From contig CAVYJM010000006.1 of NCBI GenBank assembly GCA_963768855.1, positions 288,001 through 352,000 of the forward strand: DNA of 64,000 nt, in the 5' to 3' direction. This document shows, one piece after another, positions 8,705-18,203 of the stretch. Made by a program: the position numbers and the translations under genes. Each line of letters opens with the position of its first letter. Positions within the stretch are counted from its first letter, which is position 1. Source of the stretch: an uncultured Thermoplasmata archaeon. GTDB lineage: Archaea; Thermoplasmatota; Thermoplasmata; RBG-16-68-12. A model generated the notes under the pieces. That model was not told the origin of the DNA. It saw only the letters and a list, made by a program, of their open reading frames with translations, and did no database searches.

Positions 8705-10689
8705 GCGCAGACGACGAGTCCCCCCGGATCGGCGTTTTCGTTTGCGACTGCGGTTTCAACATCCTGGGGGTCGTGGACGTTCCCGCCGTCGTGAAGTATG
8801 CCGCCACCCTGGAGAACGTCGTCCACGCGGAGGAGTACAAGTACATGTGCTCCGACCCGGGCCAAGACCTCATCAAGAAGGCGATCCGGGAGCAGAGGCT
8901 GAACCGCGTGGTCGTCGCCTCGTGCACACCGACCCTCCACGAACGCACGTTCCGCCGGGTCGTTTCGGAGGCCGGCGTAAACCCCTTCCTGTTCAACATG
9001 GTGAACATTCGCGAGGGGGTCTCCTGGGTCACCATCGACACGAAGCAGGCGACGGAGAAGGCGGAGGCCCTCATCGATGCCGGCGTCAGGAGGGTCACGC
9101 TCCAGGAACCCCTTGAGGCCCGCTCGGAGCCCGTGGACCCGAACGTCCTCATCATCGGCGGCGGGATCGCGGGGATGCACGCGGCCCTCTCCCTCGCGAA
9201 CGCGAACCGGGGAGCGAAGGTGCATCTCGTCGAGCGCCAGCCCTCGATCGGCGGGAATATGGCCCGTTTCGACAAGACGTTCCCGACCCTGGACTGCGCC
9301 TCGTGCATCCTCACCCCGAAGATGACCGAGGTGAAGATCCACCCGAACATCCATCTCCACTCGTACTCCGAGGTCGTCGCCGTCGATGGGTACGTCGGCA
9401 ATTTCGACATCACGATCGAGCACAAGCCGCGGTACATCAACGAGGACCTGTGCATCGGCTGTCTCAAGTGCATCGAGGCCTGCGTCTACAGAGACGCCCG
9501 CTTCCCGAACGAGTTCGACCTGGGGCTCGCGAAGCGCAGGCCGATTTACATCCCATTCCCGCAGGCCGTCCCCACGAAGGTTGTCATCGACCCGCACGAC
9601 TGCCTGTACCTGAAGCTGGGGACGTGCAAGAAGACCTGCATCGACGCATGCGAGAAGGACGCGATCGATCTGGAGCAGAAGCCCGACCGGGTGAACCTCA
9701 AGGTGGGTACGATCATCGTGGCGACGGGCTTCAAGCCCTTCGACGCGAGGCGCAAGCCCCAGTACGGCTACGGCGTCCTGCCAAACGTGTACACGGCCCT
9801 CGAGATGGAGCGTTTCCTCGCCCCGACGGGTCCGACGGAGGGGATGCCGCGCCTCCAGGACGGGCGCATGCCTGAGACCGTCGGCATCATCCATTGCGTC
9901 GGCTCGCGGGACCGGAACACGAACGAGTACTGCTCGAAGGTCTGCTGCATGTACTCGCTCAAGCTCGCCCACCTCATCAAGGAGCGGACCGGGGCCGAGG
10001 TCTACAACTTCTACATCGACATGCGGACGCCGGGGAAGGGCTACGAGGAGTTCTACGAGCGCCTCCTCGACGAGGGCCTGAAGCTGATTCGGGGCCGCGT
10101 GGCGGAGGTCACGACCGCCGCGCTCACGAGGGCGGAGAAGGGCCACCTGATCATCCGCGCGGAGGACACCCTCGCGGGATTCGTCCGCCGCATCCCGGTG
10201 GACATGGTCGTCCTCGCCGTCGGCCTGGAGCCGCAGTCGGACACCCAGGAGCTCCGCCGGATGCTGAACCTCTCCTGCGGCAGCGAAGGGTTCCTCCAAG
10301 AACTCCACCCCAAGCTCGCACCCGTCTCGACCGCCACGGACGGGATCTTCATTGCGGGAGCCTGCCAGGGTCCCAAGGACATTCCGGAGACCGTGGCCCA
10401 GGCCGGGTCCGCGGCGAGCGAGGCCCTCGCCCTCATCCACCGCGGTGTGGTCGAGATCCAGCCGTACACGGCGGTCGTCGACGAGACCCTCTGCTCCGGC
10501 TGCAAGGTCTGCATCGGGATGTGTCCGTACGACGCGATCACGTACGACGAGGAGAAGAAGATCGTCCAGGTGCGCGAGGTGAAGTGCAAGGGCTGCGGCG
10601 TCTGTGCCGCGGCCTGCCCCACCGGCGCCATGGACCAGAAGCACTTCCGGAAGGAGCTCGTGTTCGCCGAGATCGCGGGGGTGATCTAG
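8701..10689 (+). CDS. hdrA: Heterodisulfide reductase subunit A (bifurcating flavoprotein)
   Basis: GVFVCDCG, IGGGIAG, KTFPTLDC, IHCVGSRD, YCSKVCCMY, GACQGPKDI, C-terminal 2x[4Fe-4S]. Confidence 0.95.
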   Translation: MSADDESPRIGVFVCDCGFNILGVVDVPAVVKYAATLENVVHAEEYKYMCSDPGQDLIKKAIREQRLNRVVVASCTPTLHERTFRRVVSEAGVNPFLFNMVNIREGVSWVTIDTKQATEKAEALIDAGVRRVTLQEPLEARSEPVDPNVLIIGGGIAGMHAALSLANANRGAKVHLVERQPSIGGNMARFDKTFPTLDCASCILTPKMTEVKIHPNIHLHSYSEVVAVDGYVGNFDITIEHKPRYINEDLCIGCLKCIEACVYRDARFPNEFDLGLAKRRPIYIPFPQAVPTKVVIDPHDCLYLKLGTCKKTCIDACEKDAIDLEQKPDRVNLKVGTIIVATGFKPFDARRKPQYGYGVLPNVYTALEMERFLAPTGPTEGMPRLQDGRMPETVGIIHCVGSRDRNTNEYCSKVCCMYSLKLAHLIKERTGAEVYNFYIDMRTPGKGYEEFYERLLDEGLKLIRGRVAEVTTAALTRAEKGHLIIRAEDTLAGFVRRIPVDMVVLAVGLEPQSDTQELRRMLNLSCGSEGFLQELHPKLAPVSTATDGIFIAGACQGPKDIPETVAQAGSAASEALALIHRGVVEIQPYTAVVDETLCSGCKVCIGMCPYDAITYDEEKKIVQVREVKCKGCGVCAAACPTGAMDQKHFRKELVFAEIAGVI

Positions 10690-11136
10690 ATGGCGGTGGC
10701 CTTGGAGCAGCCCAAGGAGACGAAGGAGACCTGGGAACCGCGGATCGTCGCGTTCTTCTGCAACTGGTGCACCTACGCGGCCGCCGACCTCGCCGGGATT
10801 TCTCGCGTCAAGTACGCGCCGAGCATGCGGATCGTCCGCGTGATGTGCTCCGGCCGCATCGACCCGTCCTTCGTCCTCGAGGCGTTCCGCGACGGGGCGG
10901 ACGGGGTCCTCATCGGCGGCTGCAACCCAGGCGACTGCCACTACAAGGAGGGCAACTACAAGACGATGCGTCGGGCGATCCTCCTCTCCGAGATGCTCGA
11001 GGACCTGGGCATCGAGAAGGAGCGCTTCCGACTCGAATGGATCTGCGCCTCCTGTGCGCGCGAGCTCCAGGTGACCGTGAACAAGATGACGGAGGACCTC
11101 AAGCGCCTCGGCCCGCTCAACTGGCAGGGGGTCTGA
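10690..11136 (+). CDS. mvhD: MvhD [2Fe-2S] subunit
   Basis: FFCNWCTYAAAD, RVMCSGRIDP, GDCHY. Confidence 0.95.
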   Translation: MAVALEQPKETKETWEPRIVAFFCNWCTYAAADLAGISRVKYAPSMRIVRVMCSGRIDPSFVLEAFRDGADGVLIGGCNPGDCHYKEGNYKTMRRAILLSEMLEDLGIEKERFRLEWICASCARELQVTVNKMTEDLKRLGPLNWQGV

Positions 11137-11137
11137 C

Positions 11138-12115
11138 ATGGCCTCCAAGCCGAAGGTTGCATTCTACTGGTGCGCGAGCTGCGGGGGCTGCGAGGAGGCC
11201 GTCGTCGACCTCGCGGAGAAGATTCTCGATGTGGTCGCGGCCGTGGACATCGTGTTCTGGCCCGTCGCCCTCGATTTCAAGCTGAGCGACGTCGAGGCCC
11301 TCCCGGACAAGTCCATCGCCGTGAGTTTCATCAACGGCGCGATCCGCACATCCGAGCAGGAGGAGATGGCGAAGCTGCTCCGCCGCAAGTCCGGCCTCGT
11401 CGTGGCCTTTGGGAGCTGCTCTCATCTCGGCGGCATCCCCGGGCTCGCGAACCTGACGGACCGCGAGTCCATCTTCGACTGGTACTATTCGAAGGCGCCC
11501 TCCATGGAAGCGGGCGCCGCGACGCGACCCGTGACCCACATCAAGGTGCCTGAGGGCGAGCTCGAGCTCCCCGAATTCTGGGACGCCGTGAAGAGCCTGA
11601 ACCAGGTCATTGACGTGGACTACTACCTGCCGGGCTGCCCGCCGACGCCGAAGCTGATCGGGAACGCGGTCCAGGCGATCCTCACGGGCCAGCTCCCGCC
11701 CAAGGGCGCGGTCCTCGCCGGGACGCGGGCCCTGTGCAGCGAGTGCAGGCTCAACGAGACCAAACCCGACAAGCTCCTTATCAAAGACCTCAAGCGGATC
11801 ACGGAGGTCCGGCTCGACCCCAACACCTGCTACCTCGCCCAGGGCGTGCTCTGCTTGGGCCCGGTGACCCGGAGCGGTTGCGAGGCCCTCTGCATCGAGG
11901 GCCTCATGCCCTGCACCGGCTGCTTCGGCCCCTTGCAGGAGGCGCCCGACTACGGGGGAAAGGCCCTTTCCTTCGTCGCCTCGATCGTCGACCTCCAGGA
12001 CCCGGCGGAGGCGAAGAAGGTCCTGGGCAAGGTCGCGGACCCGGCGGGAATCTTCTACCGCTACTCCCTCCCGACGTCGAAACTCGGGCGGAAGAAACCC
12101 AGGAGGCGGACGTGA
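11138..12115 (+). CDS. mvhG: Group 3c [NiFe]-hydrogenase small subunit
   Basis: CASCGGC, FGSC, GCPP, LCSEC, CLGPVTRSGC, CTGCFGP. Confidence 0.92.
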   Translation: MASKPKVAFYWCASCGGCEEAVVDLAEKILDVVAAVDIVFWPVALDFKLSDVEALPDKSIAVSFINGAIRTSEQEEMAKLLRRKSGLVVAFGSCSHLGGIPGLANLTDRESIFDWYYSKAPSMEAGAATRPVTHIKVPEGELELPEFWDAVKSLNQVIDVDYYLPGCPPTPKLIGNAVQAILTGQLPPKGAVLAGTRALCSECRLNETKPDKLLIKDLKRITEVRLDPNTCYLAQGVLCLGPVTRSGCEALCIEGLMPCTGCFGPLQEAPDYGGKALSFVASIVDLQDPAEAKKVLGKVADPAGIFYRYSLPTSKLGRKKPRRRT

Positions 12116-12116
12116 C

Positions 12117-13583
12117 ATGAGCGAACCGGTTGTCGTGAACCCGATCACGCGTTTGGAAGGCCATGGGAAGATCTCGATCTTCCTCGACGACGCGGGGGAG
12201 GTCCAGCGGGCCTACTTCCAGATCCCGGAGCTCCGGGGTTTCGAGAGCTTCCTTGTCGGCCGGCGCGCGGAGGATGCTCCCCAGATCACCTCGCGCATCT
12301 GCGGCGTCTGTCCCACCGCCCACCACATGGCCGCCACGAAGGCCCTGGACGACCTGTACAAGGTCGACCCGCCCGAGGTCGCGAAGAAGATCCGAGAGAT
12401 GGTCTACAGCGTCTTCATGATGGAAGACCACGCCCTCCATCTCTTCTTCCTGGGCGGACCGGACTTCGTCGTGGGGCCGACCGCCCCGAAGGCGGACCGC
12501 AACATCGTCGGCGTGATCCAGAAGGCGGGGCTCGAGATCGGCAAGCGGGTCATCGCCATGCGGAAGGACCTGCGCTCGATTATCACCGAGGTCGGAGGCA
12601 AGGTCATCCACCCCGTCCTCGGCCTGCCCGGCGGAGTGGCGAAGCCCGTGACGGAGGAGATGCGCGCACGCTTCAAGGAGGTCGCGGACCGCGGACTGGA
12701 CTTCGCCCTGTTCTGCGAGAAGCTCCTGGAAGACGTCGTCCTGGGCAACGAGGCCTACGTGAAGGCGATCACCTCGGACGCGTACACGCACCGCACGTAC
12801 TACATGGGCCTCGTGGACCAGCGGAACCATGGCAACTTCTACGACGGACAGCTCCGCGTTGTCAGCCCCACGGGAGCCGAGGTGCTCAAGTTCCCGGCGC
12901 GGGACTATCTCCAGCACTTGGCCGAGCATGCGGAGCCGTGGACCTACGTCAAGTTCCCGTACCTCAAGCGGTACGGATGGAAGGGGTTCGTCGACGGCGA
13001 GGCGAGCGGGATCTACAGTGTTGCGCCCCTGGCGCGTCTGAACGTCGAGGACGGCATGGCGACCCCACGGGCCGCGGAGCTCTACGAGAAGTTCTTCTCG
13101 GTCCTGGGTGGGAGGCCCGTCCACCACACCCTCGCGAACCACTGGGCCCGGGTGGTCGAGATCGTCTACGCCGCGGAGAGGCTCCAGGAGCTCGTCAACG
13201 ACCCGGTCCTCACGGACCCGAACACACGCGTCCTCCCGACGGAGATCCCGAAGGAGGGCATCGCTGCCGTCGAGGCGCCGCGTGGCGTGCTGATCCACCA
13301 CTACACGAGCGACGACCGCGGCGTCCTGACCTCCGCGAACCTCCTCGTGGCCACTCAGCATAACTCCGCCCGCATTGCGATGTCCGTCGACAAGGCCGCG
13401 CGGTCCATGATTCACAAGGGCGTCGTCGACGATGGCATCCTCAACCAGGTCGAGATGGCGTTTCGCGCCTACGACCCGTGCCACGCCTGCGCGACCCACT
13501 CCCTGCCGGGCCACATGCCCCTCATCGTCCAGGTGCACGACCATGAGGGTCAGGTCGTGCAGGAGTTCAAGCGGGACGGCTAG
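12117..13583 (+). CDS. mvhA: Group 3c [NiFe]-hydrogenase large subunit
   Basis: TRLEGHG, RICGVC (L1), DPCHAC (L2) followed by a cleavable C-terminal tail. Confidence 0.94.
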   Translation: MSEPVVVNPITRLEGHGKISIFLDDAGEVQRAYFQIPELRGFESFLVGRRAEDAPQITSRICGVCPTAHHMAATKALDDLYKVDPPEVAKKIREMVYSVFMMEDHALHLFFLGGPDFVVGPTAPKADRNIVGVIQKAGLEIGKRVIAMRKDLRSIITEVGGKVIHPVLGLPGGVAKPVTEEMRARFKEVADRGLDFALFCEKLLEDVVLGNEAYVKAITSDAYTHRTYYMGLVDQRNHGNFYDGQLRVVSPTGAEVLKFPARDYLQHLAEHAEPWTYVKFPYLKRYGWKGFVDGEASGIYSVAPLARLNVEDGMATPRAAELYEKFFSVLGGRPVHHTLANHWARVVEIVYAAERLQELVNDPVLTDPNTRVLPTEIPKEGIAAVEAPRGVLIHHYTSDDRGVLTSANLLVATQHNSARIAMSVDKAARSMIHKGVVDDGILNQVEMAFRAYDPCHACATHSLPGHMPLIVQVHDHEGQVVQEFKRDG

Positions 13584-13585
13584 GC

Positions 13586-14080
13586 ATGGCACTCGTCATC
13601 CTTGGCCTCGGCAACGACCTCCTCGGCGACGACGGGATCGGACTGCTCGCCGCCGAAGCCCTCCGGGGCTGCGGCGGACCGGATGTGTCCGTCCGGACCA
13701 CGGCCCAGTCCGGGCTCTACCTCCTCGAATTCCTCCAGGGATTCGACGACGCGATCGTCGTGGACTCGGTTGTCGGCGACCGCCCGGGAGCCGTCCGCGA
13801 GCTGCGAGGGGCGGACCTGCAGCCGGTCTCCGTCCCCTCGGCGCACTACGTGGGCCTGCCCGAGGCGCTCTCCCTCGCCCGTGCGTCCGGTCTCCGCGTC
13901 CCCGCTCGCCTCCGGATTTTCGGCGTCGAGATTGACGTCGCCCAACAGATCGGGTCCGAACCGAGTTCCGCCGTGGCCGCATCCCTCCCGGGACTCGTCG
14001 CAGCGGTCGTCCAAGCCGCGCGCGACTGGGGGTACGCGATCGGCTCGCCTGCCCCACCGGAGGCGGTCCCCGATGCATGA
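13586..14080 (+). CDS. Hydrogenase maturation endopeptidase
   Basis: GNDLLGDDGIG, IVVDS, SAH: all three metal ligands present. Confidence 0.9.
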   Translation: MALVILGLGNDLLGDDGIGLLAAEALRGCGGPDVSVRTTAQSGLYLLEFLQGFDDAIVVDSVVGDRPGAVRELRGADLQPVSVPSAHYVGLPEALSLARASGLRVPARLRIFGVEIDVAQQIGSEPSSAVAASLPGLVAAVVQAARDWGYAIGSPAPPEAVPDA

Positions 14081-14483
14081 GTACGGCCTCATGCAAGACG
14101 TGGTGAACCTCGCCCTCGAGGCCTGCCGGGACGAGGGGGCCGGTGACGCCTTGCGCGTGCGGATCCAAGTCGGTGAGTTCGCCGTCGCGGACCGGGAATC
14201 CCTCGAGACCGCGTACGAAATCCTCACTCAGGGGACGCGCCTCCAGGGGTCCTCCCTGGAGATCTCCGAGGCGCGCGGCCACGCGGTGTGTCAGGCATGC
14301 GGGTTCGAAGGGTCCGCCGCGGACCTCGGGGACGAGCTCAGCGAGCCCCCTGCCCTGCTCCTCTGCCCCCGGTGCGGCTTCCCTCTCCTCGTGACGGCCG
14401 GGGCGGGCATCACCCTCCTCGGCGTACAGCTTCAGGATCGCGGGCGCCCGACGGAAAGGGTCCCGGGCCACGGAGGGCGTTAA
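14073..14483 (+). CDS. hypA: Nickel metallochaperone HypA
   Basis: MHE start; CQAC and CPRC zinc motifs. Confidence 0.92.
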   Translation: MHEYGLMQDVVNLALEACRDEGAGDALRVRIQVGEFAVADRESLETAYEILTQGTRLQGSSLEISEARGHAVCQACGFEGSAADLGDELSEPPALLLCPRCGFPLLVTAGAGITLLGVQLQDRGRPTERVPGHGGR

Positions 14484-14609
14484 TGGCCTCATCACCCGTC
14501 CTCGTGTCCGGTGCCGCAGTTCGGGCCACCGCGGTCCTATCTTGGGGGATCTGGGCGTGCTCGGGGTGGTCCCCTCCGCTTCGCTCGTCCAATCGGTTGA
14601 GAGGGTGAC

Positions 14610-15581
14610 ATGGTGTCGGCGTCCAAGTCCGTGGCAGCGAACTCGGCCCTGGGTCCGGGGATCGTGCTGGTGCTCGTGACCGTCGTGATCAGCGGCGTCT
14701 CGAACTTCGTGAACTTCCGGGCCGTGCAGGGCACCAACGTGGACGCCTGGATTGCCGTGCGGAACGCGGCCGTCGCCCTGATGCTCGTGCCGCTGGCCTG
14801 GTTCGCGGGAACCGGCCTTCGCGTGCGGCCGACCCGCACGCAGTGGGCCCAGCTCGCCTCGATCGGCCTGATCGGGGGCGCGGTCCCCTTCCTCCTCTAC
14901 TTCCACGGCTTCCAGATGGCCCTCGGCCAGGGAGGCGCCGCGGTAGCGAGTTTCGGCTACCGGAGCCTCTTCCTCGTGGCGACCCTCCTCGGCGTCGTGG
15001 TCCTGAGGGAAAGGCTATCCCGAAGGTTCCTCGCCGCCGCTGGGATTCTGATCGCGGGCAACGCCCTCCTTCTCTCCCTCTCCGGCCCAATCTGGACGGA
15101 CGGGACGGGGTACGTCCTCCTGGCCACGGCCCTCTGGGCGGTTGAGTACACGATGTCCAAGCGCGCGCTCCGTGCCCTCCCCTCCGGCACGGTCGCCTTG
15201 GGCCGCATGGGGTTCGGCGCCCTCTTCCTGCTGGTGTACCTCGGCCTCACGGGCCAGGCGCATGCGATCGCCGGGTTCGCGGGTGCGGACTGGATGACCC
15301 TGTTCCTGAGCGCTTTGCTCCTCTTTGCCTTCGTCGCGACGTGGTACGCAGGCCTCCGGACCGTGGACCTCTCCGTAGCGAGCTCCCTGCTCGTCCTCGC
15401 ATTCCCCATCACCTTTGCCCTCGGCGTCCTCACCTCGGGGAGCGCCTTTTCGCTCGGGCAGGCCGTGGGCGCGGCAGCCATCGCCTTGGGCGTCGGGATC
15501 GTCCTCGGGATGGCCTCCCTGCGCCGCGCGTGGGCTGCGCTCGTCTTGCGGATCCGTTCGCGGGCCGCCCGCACGGGGTGA
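14610..15581 (+). CDS. DMT/EamA family transporter
   Basis: About 10 hydrophobic segments in two repeats; VVLRERLS; ALWAVEYTMSK. Confidence 0.85.
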   Translation: MVSASKSVAANSALGPGIVLVLVTVVISGVSNFVNFRAVQGTNVDAWIAVRNAAVALMLVPLAWFAGTGLRVRPTRTQWAQLASIGLIGGAVPFLLYFHGFQMALGQGGAAVASFGYRSLFLVATLLGVVVLRERLSRRFLAAAGILIAGNALLLSLSGPIWTDGTGYVLLATALWAVEYTMSKRALRALPSGTVALGRMGFGALFLLVYLGLTGQAHAIAGFAGADWMTLFLSALLLFAFVATWYAGLRTVDLSVASSLLVLAFPITFALGVLTSGSAFSLGQAVGAAAIALGVGIVLGMASLRRAWAALVLRIRSRAARTG

Positions 15582-15787
15582 GTCGTGCTTCCCTCCGGAC
15601 GCCGGCCCCGGGCAAGCATCCCTCTTCCCACGGCATTCTCGGTAGCGGAGGTTACGGAAGTAAGGGAACCGCGCTAGTGCGGTCAACGGACGATGCATCC
15701 GCGCATTCTCGCCTCGGAGGGACGTTTCCGCAATCGTAGCACCACGGGTCATCCTTCTCGCTCGGCCAGGGCCCTCGGGAGGTCCTG

Positions 15788-16288
15788 ATGCTCGTGACCA
15801 TGACGCTCCGCATCCTGGTGCTGGGGTTTGGAGATCCGACGCAAGGGAACGAGGGCATCGGCGGGCGCCTGGCGCGTTCCTTGTTCGCCTCCTTCGACGA
15901 CGTGGAGGTGCGTCCCGCCTCGGATTTCAAGGGCTTCTCGGAGATCCTCCACGACTACGATTTCGTCATCATCCTCAAGTCGCTGTCCTATTGCGGCAAC
16001 CTGGGCCACGTCTCCTTGGGGAGTGCCTACGGTATGGCTGACGGATGGGGGACGAACCCCGCACGCACGCAGGACTTCGCGGACGCCCTGGCGTACGCGC
16101 GCCTCATGGGGCACACCATTCCGCGCATCGAGGTCGTGAACGTGTGCGTCGGCTCGGAGGAATGGCCGGAGCGGGGCCTCAGCCCCACGGTGGCCTCGAT
16201 GTACCGCGGCATCGTCGGCCGCGTTCGGGCGGTCGTGAAGGACGTCATCCGCAACGCCGAGCGGTCCGCGAAAAGCCCCCCGGAATAG
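15788..16288 (+). CDS. Divergent hydrogenase maturation protease paralogue (probably inactive)
   Basis: ILVLGFGDPTQGNEGIG aligns to the protease at 13586, but the ligand Asp is Lys and the ligand His is Arg. Confidence 0.65.
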   Translation: MLVTMTLRILVLGFGDPTQGNEGIGGRLARSLFASFDDVEVRPASDFKGFSEILHDYDFVIILKSLSYCGNLGHVSLGSAYGMADGWGTNPARTQDFADALAYARLMGHTIPRIEVVNVCVGSEEWPERGLSPTVASMYRGIVGRVRAVVKDVIRNAERSAKSPPE

Positions 16289-17287
16289 TCAGCCTTTGAG
16301 GGCCTTCCACAGGAGTGGCAACGAGACATCGTAGCGGTAGGGGATGCTCATGTGCCCGTCCTCGAACTCTTGGTACACGTGCCGGATCCCCATCGCCGCG
16401 AGCTTGCGGTGCAGCGTCCGCGCGCCCCAGATCAGGTTGAACTCGTCCTTCGTTCCGCAGTCGATGTATGCGAGCCGCAGACGCCGTAGCGCAGGCCGAT
16501 GGCTCTCCAGGAGGTTGACCGGGTCCCACGCCCGCCATCGATCCCAGACCTCCGGACGCCATTCGCCGGTCTGGAGGTCGAACGGGAAGTCGATTCCCAG
16601 CTCCGGGCTCCGTGGGTTGGGAGAGTAGAAGGCCGCCATCCCGATCGTGTTGAGCACGGGATGGTCCTCCCCATGGTGGCGGTTCGGCTGACGCCAGAAC
16701 GCGTTGAGCCACCGCTTCGGTCCGCCCGCCTTCCGGAACGCCGACATGGCGGGGCCGAAGTCCTGGATGTAGCAGAGCTCGAAGAGCGCGTCGCCGCTGT
16801 GGTCCGCGAACGCGCTGAACACCTCCGGGTGGCGGAGGCCCTGGATGATCGAGCCGTAGCCTCCGGACGACTTGCCCCAGATCCCGCGCCTTCCGGTGCG
16901 GTATCTCGTCTCGACGAACGGGAGGACCTCCTTCAGGAGGTAGTCCTCGTACTGGCCCACCGCCGAGGAGTTGATGTACTGGCTGCCTCCGACACGGCTG
17001 AAGCAGTCCGGCGCGGCGATGATCATGGGACCGCACTTCCCGGAGGCGATGAGGCGGTCCATCCTCGAGGCGAGATCCTCGGAGAGCGGGTCGATGTTGA
17101 ACAGGCTCCGCCCCGTGCCCGTGTACCCGACGATGCCGTAGACGACGGGGTAACGCTTCTTCGGGTCGTGGCCGGGAGGCAGGTAGACCGCGACGTCCCG
17201 GGTCGTTGGGTCGTGCAGCGGGTTGTCCTTCAGGATTCGGCTCGTGAGTCGTTCCACGACGACGGTTCCTCGGGGCATGGGATCCAC
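16289..17287 (-). CDS. Alpha/beta-hydrolase esterase (enterochelin-esterase-like)
   Basis: VYLPPG, GKSSGG nucleophile elbow, DCGTKDE, DGH. Confidence 0.85.
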   Translation of the reverse strand: MDPMPRGTVVVERLTSRILKDNPLHDPTTRDVAVYLPPGHDPKKRYPVVYGIVGYTGTGRSLFNIDPLSEDLASRMDRLIASGKCGPMIIAAPDCFSRVGGSQYINSSAVGQYEDYLLKEVLPFVETRYRTGRRGIWGKSSGGYGSIIQGLRHPEVFSAFADHSGDALFELCYIQDFGPAMSAFRKAGGPKRWLNAFWRQPNRHHGEDHPVLNTIGMAAFYSPNPRSPELGIDFPFDLQTGEWRPEVWDRWRAWDPVNLLESHRPALRRLRLAYIDCGTKDEFNLIWGARTLHRKLAAMGIRHVYQEFEDGHMSIPYRYDVSLPLLWKALKG

Positions 17288-17325
17288 TCGGGTTGGGAAT
17301 GCGCTCCGGGAGAAAAAGGCCGCGA

Positions 17326-18096
17326 CTACTGCCGGTAGTCCTCCGGCCAGAACCCGAGGTCCACGCGGACGTCCGCGAGGCGCCCGAGGTTCGTACCGTC
17401 CAGGAGATGGAGGGACGCCTGGTCGACTCCCAGGAGCCCCTCACGGAAGAGCGGTCCGAGGAACCTCGCGCCGACGTCGTTCACCGGCATGCCGCCGCAC
17501 AGCTCGTTGAACGCGGGGAGGATGATGGCCTCCCGCGGCACCTTCGGATAGCGTCTCGTCCGGCGGACGAACGGGACGCGCATCCAGCACGGCACGATCT
17601 CGCGCCGGCCAAGTTCGTCCCGAAACCCGACCGCGGGATGGTTGTGCCCCATCACGAGGGTCCGCGCCTCCATGACCTTCTTGTACGGCCACGCGTGGCC
17701 GTGGCAGAAGCCGACGTCCCCATCGCGGAAGCCGTACGGGGACCGGAAGCGGACGGTCCGCGGCAGGATGTTCTTCAGGATCCCGTCGTGGTTGCCCTGG
17801 GCGATCGTGATGGACCGGAAGGTCTCCGCGAGATCGCGGAACAGGACATACACGTCGCGCCGTTCCCGGGAGGCCATCTTGGGGACGAGGTGCTTCACGT
17901 CCCCCAGGACTACCAGGTCGGTGGCGCCGGTCCTCGAGGCGAGGTCGGTAAGCCGCCGACCCATCACCTCCGCGCGGCTCGGGATGTGGACGCCTTTCTC
18001 GCGGAGCTCCTCCTCGAGACCGACATGGAGGTCCGCGACCACGAGCGCGTCCCCGACCCGGAGGGCGGGGGCATCCGGGACGGGTTCGAGGTCCAC
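17326..18096 (-). CDS. Calcineurin-like metallophosphoesterase (SbcD/Mre11-related archaeal family)
   Basis: ADLH, LGDVKH, GNHD, HGH, GHNHP. Confidence 0.88.
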   Translation of the reverse strand: MDLEPVPDAPALRVGDALVVADLHVGLEEELREKGVHIPSRAEVMGRRLTDLASRTGATDLVVLGDVKHLVPKMASRERRDVYVLFRDLAETFRSITIAQGNHDGILKNILPRTVRFRSPYGFRDGDVGFCHGHAWPYKKVMEARTLVMGHNHPAVGFRDELGRREIVPCWMRVPFVRRTRRYPKVPREAIILPAFNELCGGMPVNDVGARFLGPLFREGLLGVDQASLHLLDGTNLGRLADVRVDLGFWPEDYRQ

Positions 18097-18203
18097 GCCT
18101 GGCGCAAGGGACGCGGGCGCTTAACGGTTGTGCGGTCCGGAGGAGAAGCTCAACGGCCTCCGTCTAGCGAAAGGGTTATCTTTCCGCCCGGGGAGGGGTC
18201 CGC

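Noticed and set aside
8593-11148. 851-aa antisense ORF, and similar long shadow ORFs (49408-52011, 56211-57662, 11904-13592, 62466-63851)
   Set aside because: They lie opposite or out of frame to clear genes; stop-poor frames are expected at this GC3 bias; no motifs
6597-13583. Selenocysteine recoding in hdr/mvh
   Set aside because: No in-frame TGA; all ligand positions are Cys
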